Assembly: GCF_006345805.1 (NCBI RefSeq)
Contig: NC_042997.1
Span: 21,762,001-21,826,000, forward strand
From: Octopus sinensis
Taxonomy: Eukaryota
Reading direction: 5' to 3'
Length of the DNA: 64,000 bases
Part shown: in pieces, positions 26,421 through 37,413 of the stretch
Layout: each line of letters opens with the position of its first letter
How positions within the stretch are numbered: the first letter of the stretch is position 1
Made by a program: the position numbers and the translations under genes
The notes under the pieces: model-generated
Seen by the model: the letters and a program-made list of their open reading frames with translations, nothing else
Told to the model about the DNA's origin: nothing
Database searches by the model: none

Positions 26421-27626
26421 AAGGGAATGTTGTGATATCGCTCTCTTACGCCATGGAAACGGGGTAACCGGCCCATGGGTCTAGGAGTCCTAGGACTTGA
26501 TCCTATAATATCCAGGGTACTTATTGTATTGGACAATTCTGAAATGCCCAGTGCTGAGTGAATCAAAAGAAATGAGAAAACTTTAAACGTTATAAAACCT
26601 CACAATAGATTTTTAAAAATGTAAACACATGCATTCTAAACTATTGATGTGCAGAAGAAGGGTCAAAGGAGTCTCATGACCGTTTTTTAGAAAATGTTTA
26701 CCTGGATCCTTCCCCACGTTTATTGCGCATATTTCGATATTATTCCAATAATTACGAACCGTCAAATGTAGAAATATGCATACTAGACTATCCAGCACGG
26801 TGCTTTATAAGCAACTGAACTATACTATTGATTGGAAAAGCAAACTGGGTGCATTTTCTCAGAGGAATCGTCAACCAACCATTTTCAAGGGAATCGTCAA
26901 AGTCGATATACTTTAATACATTTTAATTAATGAAAAGCCCTCAAGTTTAAAAATATGCAAATTTGGCTATCCACTTCGGCGCAAGACTAATTTATGACTA
27001 ATTATAAACAACTGATTTATAGCATTGGTTGGATGTGTCTTTAGTTTTTAATTCTTTAGAAATATTTCTATAAAACAGTTCTACTTTCACAGAAAGAAAG
27101 TTCAGTAATTCGAATGTAAATAACAGCACCAGTGAAAGTTATTGCTTGAATTTTACTTGTATTTCAAAACAGTTTAAAATATTTCTACTGTTCCACTTAT
27201 ACACTGAATTTACTTGATACGAGTAGGATGGTCTCTTTCTTTACTTAAAATTCTTTGGGTTTTCTATAGCATTATTCAGACACGTAGTATCACGATCAAC
27301 AGCGTCAGTGATAATTCATAGAAATGTAAATTCATAATATGAATAAAAATATTGTAGATTTCGTCATTGTAAAGCAAATATATTCCTGAATTTTCTATAA
27401 TAAAGAATGAGCCAGTTTTGAATTATAAAGAAGTAGGTCTTACTTGCCAGAACAATAGCTATGCTAGCATTCTTGAATAATAATAATTATGTTTACTTGC
27501 TGAACTTTAGAAATCCATTTCATATTTTCACTGTCTTATTTAAACATTCATTCTTAAAATACATTGCCAAACTACAGATTTCAAATTTTTTCTTAATTAT
27601 TCGGTGATATAAATAAATCCTCTCGA

Positions 27627-27828
27627 GGCGGTGAGCTGGCAGAGTCGTTAGCACGCCGGGCGAAATGTTAATCGGTATTTCGTCTGCCCTTACGTTCTGA
27701 GTTCAAATTCCACCGAGATCGACTTTACCTTCCATACTTTCGAGGTCGATAAATTAAGTACCAGTTGCGTACTGGGGTTAATCTAATCGGCTGGGCCCCA
27801 TCCCCCAAAATTTTGGGCCTTGTGCTTT
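27627..27828 (+). mobile_element. SINE family S1
   Basis: ggcggtgagctggcagagtcgttagcacgccgggcg... It abuts the truncated transposase. Confidence 0.8.
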
Positions 27829-29662
27829 TCTGGCCGGAGGTCATCTCGTGGGGGCCACTCTGCCTTCTGGTAATGTTCATGATCAGTCCCACCATCCCAC
27901 AGGCAGCGAAAACACGAATACTTAGGGTTCCCATCCTGTAATCCAAGTAAGAAGGCAAGTATAAGTCACGACAAACATGCCATTTAAATTTGTTATAGTT
28001 TACTTTCTCAAGAAGCTCTTTTACATTGCCATATTCTTCCTTCACCTGTACCGAGTATGCAATAGGCAAGGATGGATTCTGATTTCCATTGCGTAATAAA
28101 GCGGTTTTGAACCTTTTTGTTGAGCTATCTATTAAAAGTCGCCATTCTTCAGGGATGTGGTCAATTTCAATAGCTGTAAACAAGCCATTTATATCTTTGT
28201 AGAAGCAGAGATCTTCACTTATGTCGAAGTATACTTCGAATTCCTCATGGTGTCTTCCTGTATACTGTTAATCTACAGCCCTTCCCCAAGAGATTCCATT
28301 CATTCAGCCTGGATGCTAAAAGCTCAGCTCCTGAATTAGTGAGACCCAAGTCCCTAATGAGATCATCCAGTTCACGTTGATTTGAAAAGTGTGAGTAGGT
28401 ACTCGTTCCTGGCTCAAATATTTCATCCGTTTCTTGCTGTCACCACCTTCAGACTTTCTTGTAGAGACCTCCATCTTATCCTCTACCTGAAAAATTCAAA
28501 AGGTTGTGTTTAATAGTTGAAACCTTAATAAGTGTTTTATGTGTAATCACATATTATTTCAATAATGAATGAAATTTAAATTTGTTATTAACACTTTGTA
28601 AGATGTACTAACATTTTCTGGCGCCTGTGGAGCCGCTAAGTTATCATCATGTGGCACAGGTGCAATGGAGGATTAAATCCTGGGATACGGAAGGGATTTT
28701 CTTCTCTTAAGTCTTCTGTACTTTGATATATCATCGTGATGATTTTTTGGCTCTCACCAAACTCTCGGAACAGCAAATGGCATTGCTTTTCTCGCACATC
28801 TAAGCTATCTATCTAAATTTGATCTACAAGTTCCACATATCAAATGAGGTACCCATGGTCTTCCTGGTCACCCATACTCATTCCAAAATACAGTCTATAA
28901 GCAATCCAGTACTTAGCTCCTTTCAAACTTCTATATGCTACATACTTTCTTCCATCATAGTATCCACACTCGTAACAGAATATATCTGGTGAATTTCTGC
29001 ATCCTCTTGTAGCTATGGTCAGGAAAATTCAATATTTACAATAAAAACCTGAAAAAGAAAGACACGTGACAAATGTACAATGCTCTTGATCAACAGTCAT
29101 CAAACAGGTATGGCCCCAAAACCAAATGGAACACCGGACAAAAGATGGAGGGATGACAGACAAAAGCGCAACACTTCTTATCATTAGCTATGGTAGCCAT
29201 GAGAACACTGAGGTGTCTCTGTTGAGTTTGCTGTGTATAGCGGAAGGTGGTGACGACACTGCTTTTTCACTTAAACCTTTCAGTACCTTTATACGAATAA
29301 TGGAAGTAAAATATAAACTTTAGGAATGAATGATTTATTAGTAGAGTAGAAAAATGTTTTACAGCAAGAGTTACGTCATATAACAACCTGTGATCAAGTG
29401 ACGCTAGAGCTTTTGTTTACACAGGCAGTTGCCAAATGTATGATGATATGTGTATATAATGCTGTATGATTATATGTATGATATATGTATGATATGTGAT
29501 GTATGGTGCCATGCGTATATTAGCATAATTCGATATATCTCGCAAACGGTCGATAGTAAAGAAAACATAAACACATTTTTGGAATCAGCTCAAAATTCTG
29601 CATTAAAATCACTAAAAAACATAAGAAAACCAAAACGTTTGTGAAAATTTGTAAACCCAGTG
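27829..29662 (-). mobile_element. Chapaev3-like (CMC) DNA transposon, 5' part, pseudogenised transposase
   Basis: The minus strand gives CRNSPDIFCYECG, YFGMSMGDQE, VW.EPKNHHDD, EWRLLIDSS...LLRNGN..SLPIAYSVQVKEEY, KYSC..CLWD. The terminus CACTGGG is at 29662 next to TTA (TWA-type TSD). The superfamily assignment is from memory of these motifs. Confidence 0.75.
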
Positions 29663-29837
29663 TTATCGTTCTTCGTGCTTAAAAGATTATGTCTGATATC
29701 ATGTGATACTCAAAAGATGTCTTGACTAATCTTCAGACATTGTTTTTTTTCTTCCTCTTCTTTCTCCAGTTCTTAAATTAAGATCGTCGATGTCTTTATT
29801 TTTGCTCTTCTGTTTTTATACATTAAATGTTCTGAAA

Positions 29838-30045
29838 GGCGGCGAGCTAACGGAATAGCACGTCGGACAAAATGCTCGGAGGCATTTCCTCCGACACTTT
29901 ATGTTCTGAGTGCAAATGCCGTCGAGACAGCTTTGCTTTTCATTCTTTCGCAGTCGATAAAATGAGTACCAGTTGAGCACGGGGATCGATGTCATTGACG
30001 TACCCTTGCCCTTAAAATTACAGGGCTTATTCCAAAATTCGAAAC
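29838..30045 (+). mobile_element. SINE family S1
   Basis: ggcggcgagctaacggaatagcacgtcgg...ggggatcgatgtcattgac. Confidence 0.75.
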
Positions 30046-30289
30046 AATATCTTGAACGTTTCGAATACGAAAGGAAACCGCCTCTAAAAGACTGTACACA
30101 CATACAGGTAGACACACATACATATGTATTTACGCAAACACGCACGAACACAGACACACTCATAGTCCTTTGTGTGTGTGTGTGTGTGTGTGGTGTGTGT
30201 GTGTGTGTGTGGTGTGTGTGTGTGTGTGTGTGTGGTGTGTGTGTGTGTGGTGTGTGTGTGTGTGTGTTCTAGATAGTGTTTTTCTTTAC

Positions 30290-30441
30290 TAATCGCTAAG
30301 CGTGCATCCGGACAAAATTTAATGTAATTTCTAAAACTGTAGGACTCAAAATATCATGACAGAGAAAGTTTATCATAGAATCTGCATCAAATTTTGCCAA
30401 AAGCTTGGCGATACCTGCTCAGAGACCTCCGCAAAGTTTTC
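30290..30441 (+). mobile_element. Mariner transposase N-terminal fragment
   Basis: MTEKVYHRICIKFCQKLGDTCSET. Confidence 0.7.
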
Positions 30442-31024
30442 AAAAGGTTTTCATCCTTCTCGACATCATCAAGGAGATCTTGTGCGACTGAAACCCAAGT
30501 GTCGTTTTAATCAGTTGAAAGCAGTTTTAACACAAACTTGGCAGACACGTGTCTCATACCCAAATCTTCAGTGATAATGGACTGAACTGAACCGTAACTC
30601 ATCTGCACGTCCTCTGATAACACACAGAGATGATCCGAGGATTTTCTCTCAGAGCTGCACACACATCTGCGGTGCTTTTCTCGGGTCTTCTGGTTACGGG
30701 TCTCCCAAAACATTCGACATTTTTTCGGCTATCTTGGAAATGTCTGAACCACTCGTACACTTGTGTTCGGCTAATACATGCTTCTCCATACACTTTCGGC
30801 AACTCTATGTCAGCCTCTGAGCAGGTATCACCATGACAGCTTTCTGTGTCACAGTCAATGGGACGATCACATGCTACACATCTTCCTTCCAAGTACTGCT
30901 GTAAACAGCGGTAGTGAGCTAGAACGTTAAAACATAGTGCGTATGCACAGCAGAGTTCAAAGCCAATCTTTGCCAAGCGGTTTCACTCTGCATACAGTAG
31001 CTCGTTACTATTGATCAGACCTAA
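30442..31024 (-). mobile_element. Mariner-like element, 5' half with TIR, degraded
   Basis: KVYGEACISRTQVYEWFRHF, GRP, SYGSVQSIITEDLGMRHVSAKFVLKLLSTD, VAQDLLDDVEKDE. The end TA|TTAGGTCTGATCAATAG lies at 31024-31026. Confidence 0.8.
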
Positions 31025-31354
31025 TATTTGTTCTGTTTTTCGTTCCTCCGATCTTTACATTCTTCTCACACTCAAACACACACATACATACGCACGCACG
31101 CGTGCGCACACAGACACAAGTGCATGTGTATGTATATGTATGTATCTGTGTGTGTAAGTGCGTAAGTGAGTAGGTTTCGTTTTTATATTCTATCCGTTGA
31201 TAGAATATAATCAAATTTGACTACTTTCAAATGTAATACTCAGTTCATGATACAAGTGTTGAGCTTTATGCAAATGATGCCACAGCTGTTTCGATCGATC
31301 GTTCCTTATTCTCACTCTCTTTCTCTTTCTCTCTCTCTCTCTCTCTCTCTGCAT

Positions 31355-31412
<58 letters not shown>

Positions 31413-31849
31413 ATACACTCAAAGAAGGAGAGAGAGAGAGAGAAACGTAATCTCCTTATACATAGTTTATTGTATTTCCATGACAGTATTTGTGAGATAC
31501 CAGCCGTTTCAGTAATTTATGAAATAAATTCACATGCAGAAAAGGAATAGGAATGGATTATCGAGAATCGAAGTGATATCCACAATGAATAATTCGTATG
31601 TGATGAGCACGAATGTAATTTCAGAATAGTTGTGTACGTGTATAATAATGAACTGCAAGTATACAATCACAGACTGGGATCGTTAAAATATTAAAAAACG
31701 TTCTGGAATCGAGATTTCAGTTTCGACAAACCATTATAGGACATACAGGCATATATAGACGCATACTCACGCAAATGAGTAGGCGCACAAACGTATGCCT
31801 GGCATGTATGTGTGTATGTATGATATATACACAAAAACACACATGCACG

Positions 31850-31933
<84 letters not shown>

Positions 31934-31984
31934 CTAGATAAATAGATAGATGTGTGTGTGTGTGTGTTTGAAGACACGTGACCT

Positions 31985-32250
31985 AGCGGTTAGTGAATTA
32001 CACTCACGATAGTTAGATCGTGGGTTCGATCCCCAAAGCGGGCAGCGCGTTGCTTTCTTGAGCAAAACTTTTCATTCCACATTGCTCTGCTATCATTTCG
32101 ACATCTGATGAGTGATACACTTGTGTGCACCTGTTGATTTTCTGGAGATAATGTATAACAGATACATTTGATCGCTATAAACAAATCCTCTGTGCAGGAT
32201 ATTAAGAAAAAATTGAACATTCATACGTCGTCTCCGACGAGAGATTGATT
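31985..32250 (+). mobile_element. tRNA-derived SINE related to S3
   Basis: tagcggttag...gggttcgatcccc...cttgagcaaaactttt head and central domain. Confidence 0.65.
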
Positions 32251-32867
32251 ATATATATATATATATATATAGTTTACCGTTCCATTACGATAAGATCAGC
32301 AAAAAATGTACTCCATCCATTGAAAGATAAATAAACTGTATTAAAATAAGGACACTGGTACTTGAGAAACCACAGGAAAAATCCGAGAAGTCTGATGCAA
32401 ATCGTAGAATAAGAATAAAAAGCAAAAAAAAAAAAAATTTAGAGTTACGTACCTTTTGACTATGGAAACCATAATCAACTGCTAGACACTCTCCGGATTG
32501 AGCAGCTATCTCACAGACATTGGAGCCTTTTCCGTTGAATTATTATACGACTTGTTAATTACGTCTCCTACGATCAAATAGGACGTAGCTCGAAATTTAT
32601 TTCTTTTCTTTTCTTTGGTTTTTTTCCTATTTTTATTCACTCTTTCTCATCTCATTCTACCTTTTGCATCAACGTCTCGTTTCTTTTTTCTCATGGTTTC
32701 TCGTGTACCAGCGTCTGTATTTTAAATAGAACAAACCATGCGCTTAGATCCCGGGGATTGCTTGCAGATGCAAGGCACGTTATATATATATATATAAAAA
32801 GCCTGCCTAGTCACGAGTCTTTTCGACTCTTATTTTATTCAATTGTACGTTAAATTGTGTGTGTGTG

Positions 32868-32950
<83 letters not shown>

Positions 32951-33171
32951 ATCAATTTAGGGTAGCAAAAAATTCAATAGAAATTTATCGCTACCAGCGG
33001 TCTAGTGGGAAAGAGAAAATAGTCAAAGACTATATATATAAATTCAACAACAATTAAGGAATGGCCTTAATAGGCCATTCGGTCCACTAGAAAGAGCAGC
33101 CGGGACTCAAACAGCTAAGTAGTAGTAATTCAGAAATTAAATGAAAATTTAAAAACATTTACCCTAATTCA

Positions 33172-33270
33172 TCTTTAGACGATGCATCGTTTCGGTGTTT
33201 TTAATGGCAAACCAGCTTAATTAAATTAAATTAAGTCAATCTACCAACGGCTACACCTCATCGGTAAAGA
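33172..33270 (-). ncRNA. Type I hammerhead ribozyme (family A), minus-strand copy
   Basis: Reverse complement of 33863-33961. The predicted cut is between 33178 and 33177. Confidence 0.85.
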
Positions 33271-33862
33271 AGCCAGGAGAGACGGATATACACGAGGCAT
33301 CTGTATCAAAGCCCTAGGAATATCTGCCCTAAAATTTTCAAAACCATCGTATTCGCGCCAACTTATCAGCAGTAAATATAAACTGCTGATTCAATCTCAG
33401 AATTAGTCAGAAAATCATCAATTAATCAATTTAGGGTAGCAAAAAATTCAATAGAAATTTATCGCTACCAGCGGTCTAGTGGGACAGAGAAAATAGTCAA
33501 AGACTATATATATAAATTCAACAACAATTAAGGAATGGCCTTAATAGGCCATTCGGTCCACTAGAAAGAGCAGCCAGGACTCAAACCGCTAAGTAGTAGT
33601 AATTCAGAAATTAAATGAAAATTTAAAAACATTTACCCTAATTCATCTTTAGACGATGCATCGTTTCTATGCAAATTTCTATTGAATTTTTTGCTACCCT
33701 AAATTAATTAATTGATGATTTTCTGACTAATTCTGAGATTGAATCAGCAGTTTATATTTACTGCTGATAAGTTGGCGCGAATACGATGGTTTTGAAAATT
33801 TTAGGGCAGATATTCCTAGGGCTTTGATACAGATGCCTCGTGTATATCCGTCTCTCCTGGCT

Positions 33863-33961
33863 TCTTTACCGATGAGGTGTAGCCGTTGGTAGATTGACTT
33901 AATTTAATTTAATTAAGCTGGTTTGCCATTAAAAACACCGAAACGATGCATCGTCTAAAGA
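33863..33961 (+). ncRNA. Type I hammerhead ribozyme (family A)
   Basis: Stem I UCUUUA/UAAAGA; core CCGAUGA (33869-33875); stem II GGUGU/ACACC with a 54-nt insert; GAAA (33940-33943); stem III CGAUGCAUCG; GUC site with a predicted cut after C33955. Confidence 0.88.
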
Positions 33962-34336
33962 TGAATTAGGGTAAATGTTTTTAAATTTTCATTTAATTTC
34001 TGAATTACTACTACTTAGCGGTTTGAGTCCTGGCTGCTATTTCTAGTGGACCGAATGGCCTATTAAGGCCATTCCTTAATTGCTGTTGAATTTATATATA
34101 TAGTCTCTGACTATTTTCTCTTTCCCACTAGACCGCTGGTAGCGATAAATTTCTATTGAATTTTTTGCTACCCTAAATTGATTAATTGATGATTTTCTGA
34201 CTAATTCTGAGATTGAATCAGCAGTTTATATTTACTGCTGATAAGTTGGCGCGAATACGATGGTTTTGAAAATTTTAGGGCAGATATTCCTAGGGCTTTG
34301 ATACAGATGCCTCGTGTATATCCGTCTCTCTTGGCT

Positions 34337-34435
34337 TCTTTACCGATGAGGTGTAGCCGTTGGTAGATTGACTTAATTTAATTTAATTAAGCTGGTTTGC
34401 CATTAAAAACACCGAAACGATGCATCGTCTAAAGA
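34337..34435 (+). ncRNA. Type I hammerhead ribozyme (family A), second plus-strand copy
   Basis: The same motif lies 474 nt downstream, with a predicted cut after C34429. Confidence 0.88.
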
Positions 34436-34559
34436 TGAATTAGGGTAAATGTTTTAAAATTTTCATTTAATTTCTGAATTACTACTACTTAGCGGTTTGA
34501 GTCCTGGCTGCTCTTTCTAGTGGACCGAATGGCCTATTAAGGCCATTCCTTAATTGTTG

Positions 34560-34593
<34 letters not shown>

Positions 34594-34595
<2 letters not shown>

Positions 34596-35170
34596 CGAGA
34601 AGTTGAGGTTATAATAGATAATGGTGTCATTGAGATCCAAAGGTGTCAAGTAATACTGAATAAGTGCTATAGACAGATCATAGTTAAGTTCCAGATTCGA
34701 TAATATTGCTAATAAAGGGTTCAACGTTGGTTCTATGTCCACGTGTGAATATACGAATTTTTTGCGCAATGAGATAAAAAAACCAAGTCTGAGCATTTAT
34801 AGATACAAGGTCTTACAGCTGTTTCTAGGATATTAATTAATAATATCCCTTCATCGGAGACGGTGTGAGAGGAAAAATTAAGTCATAGTTAGTTTCGATG
34901 TGATACAAATAGAGAGTGAAGTGGAGGAAAGAAAATAGATGTAAGATATGTATGGGTAGTGAATTCGTAAATCCGTTTTATATGCATAATGGTATATATG
35001 TGTAATATTCCAATATCCTTTGAGTAAAATCCAAAAGTCCAACAGAGTTTAATAGGAGTCCATCCATATATAGAGTTTATAAGCAATGTAAGATTCTCTT
35101 AATGACCTTCTATCTATAAATGCTCTAATATCTTGTTTTTTTTTATCTCATTACGCAAAAATTTCGTATA
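34594..35170 (-). mobile_element. Family B hammerhead-bearing element (Penelope pLTR-like) with an inverted ~60-bp segment
   Basis: 34751-34805 and 35111-35168 are imperfect inverted repeats. Both ends abut (TA)n. Confidence 0.6.
34810..34861 (-). ncRNA. Minimal type I hammerhead ribozyme motif (family B)
   Basis: The minus strand reads GUCU CCGAUGA A GGGAUAUUA UUAAU UAAUAUCCU A GAAA C AGCU GUA AGAC, with palindromic CAGCUG at stem III. Confidence 0.7.
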
Positions 35171-36453
35171 TATATATATATTTAGCGCGCGAAAGAGAGG
35201 TGAATACTTGTGCGTATGTATATATACATACATACATACACACATACAAGTATATATTTCAGTGTGTGTATATATGCCAACGTACAAATGTATGCACTAA
35301 TGTTGGTATGTGCCTGCGAGTATCTCTATATTCTCTAATAGCTTTCTGAAACTGAAATTTCACTTACGAAACGTTTATGTATACTTTAGCAGTTCCACTA
35401 GGTGATAGTATACTTTCACTTCTTTATTATACAAGTGTCCAGCTTTTCTGAAATTTTATTTATAGTCATCCGCCGCAAATTATTCCCTGAGAATATCGTT
35501 GCCATTCTTCATATTTTAACCTTATTCCTTTTCTCCATGCAAATTTGCTTCATAATTTATAGCAACGGTTGGTGGTTCAAAAATGCTATGTATGTACATA
35601 TGCGTTTATACATATATCTATATCAATACACACTCACCGGTAAAGTTTCCACTTGAAAAGGTTGCAAGACGCAACAAAAATTTTAGGAAAATAAAAATAA
35701 GAAATAAGTCGAAATTTTACCGGTGAGTGTGTTACATTATAAGGCATAAAAAGAAAATGACTCTCCCCAGACACAACAGAATATGCTTCATCACACGAAC
35801 TCATATAACGAATCTTGCAAACCAAATCCAAAAACGAAATATATCAATACATATCTATAGATGCATATACATGTGTGTGTGTACGTGTGTGATATAGATA
35901 TAGATACACACACGCACGCACACACACACATATACGCATATATAAGTATATATATTCTATTGTTTTGTAAATGATTTTAATTCTTATAAAAGAGTTAGTT
36001 TCTAATACAGAGACAAAATTCTATCGCTGGAATTTGGAGGATCAACGATATATATTGTCTAACTTAAGAAGTGTCTTGTACATTTTTACTACTCCGCTTA
36101 CAGACCGTATCTGTAAGATGCATTTTTATGTATGTACATTCATATTTCTGTATAGTATTTTGTAGATTTTTTGTAGTCTATTATGTTTCCTGTATAGCAA
36201 AAAAAAAACAAAAAAAAAAAATCTATTTACTGAGAGCATAACAAAATTCTTTTGTTGGAATTGAGTCTGTTCGAGGCATTCATAATGTTGTAAATAAAGA
36301 GAGATATGTGTATGTAAGTATGTTGTGTATATTGTACCGGAAGTGTATCTATTGTTCTCTGGAAAATTGAAACGAAGTATTTTTGGAATGAGTTACAAAT
36401 ATTCACTACTCTTTACTGTTTAAGTGAGTCTGCAGGTAATGAATCGAAACTTG

Positions 36454-36509
<56 letters not shown>

Positions 36510-36659
36510 AGTTTACTGCTGAAACAATGTTAAAAAGAAAATTCTATCGAGCCAATGAGATATCCTCCATGCCGTCGCTGTTAATAGCTGCAAAAAATCT
36601 ACCTCCAATACATTCTACACTTATAGAAATATAAAAGAATGCTTTGAATATTTTCAAAT

Positions 36660-36825
36660 TATAGCACAAGACCGAGCATCTTGAGATACAGGGTAAGTCA
36701 ATTGCATCGACTGCAGAGATAAACTGGTACTTATCTTATCGGCCCCGAAAGGGTGAAAGGCAAAGAATTTGAACTGAAACCGTAAAGACGGACGAAATGC
36801 CGCTAAGCATTTTTCCCGATGTGAT
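36660..36825 (-). mobile_element. SINE family S1, degraded
   Basis: aactggtacttatcttatcggccccgaaagggtgaaaggcaaag...gacggacgaaatgccgctaagcatttt. Confidence 0.7.
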
Positions 36826-37413
36826 AATCAGTGCTGGAAAACATTTGGCTTCATATCCGCTCAATCAGTATTGTTCCAGAGATAAATAACAAAAAGAACT
36901 AGAATTAAAATCCATGTGAATGATAATCTATGGTAAAGAATGTTTTGTTGTTCATTAGCATGACATTCACATCAACTGATTTTCTTTTCTTTTAATTCTT
37001 AGAAAATAAAGTAACTGTTATGTTTATGTTTCTGTTTGGTCCATTCTGTCTTAGAAAGACAGGATGGACGAAATAGAATAGGTAGACATGAGGGATGGAG
37101 AGTCGTTGAAGAGGTCACAGGAAGTGTGATTAAATATTTCCAGACAATGAACATAAAATAAGAACAGCAATAAAAGGGTGAAGAACGAATATATAGTGCG
37201 TGTGTTTACTTGGCAAGAAAAAGAAATTACCGTCCTGAAATATAACAAACAAATTTTTCTTACATTAGTATAAGTTAACTACATTCATACACATTCATAC
37301 ATATACACACATATACACTCACTCAAATTCACAAATATTATTTTTACATAAATTGCGCATGTGTTTATGTGTATGAGTGTGTATGCATTTATGTATGTGT
37401 ATGTATGCATGTA

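Larger units (their letters stand above)
32948..34565. mobile_element. Retrozyme-like array: 474-bp unit, ~1.5 copies (sense minus, 32948-33667) plus ~1.9 copies (sense plus, 33673-34565), inserted in (TA)n
   Basis: The 474-bp period is confirmed at several anchors (32948/33422, 33178/33652, 33869/34343, 33955/34429). The arms are reverse complements joined by a 5-nt filler (tatgc). Copies differ by about 1 percent. No long ORF. Confidence 0.9.
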
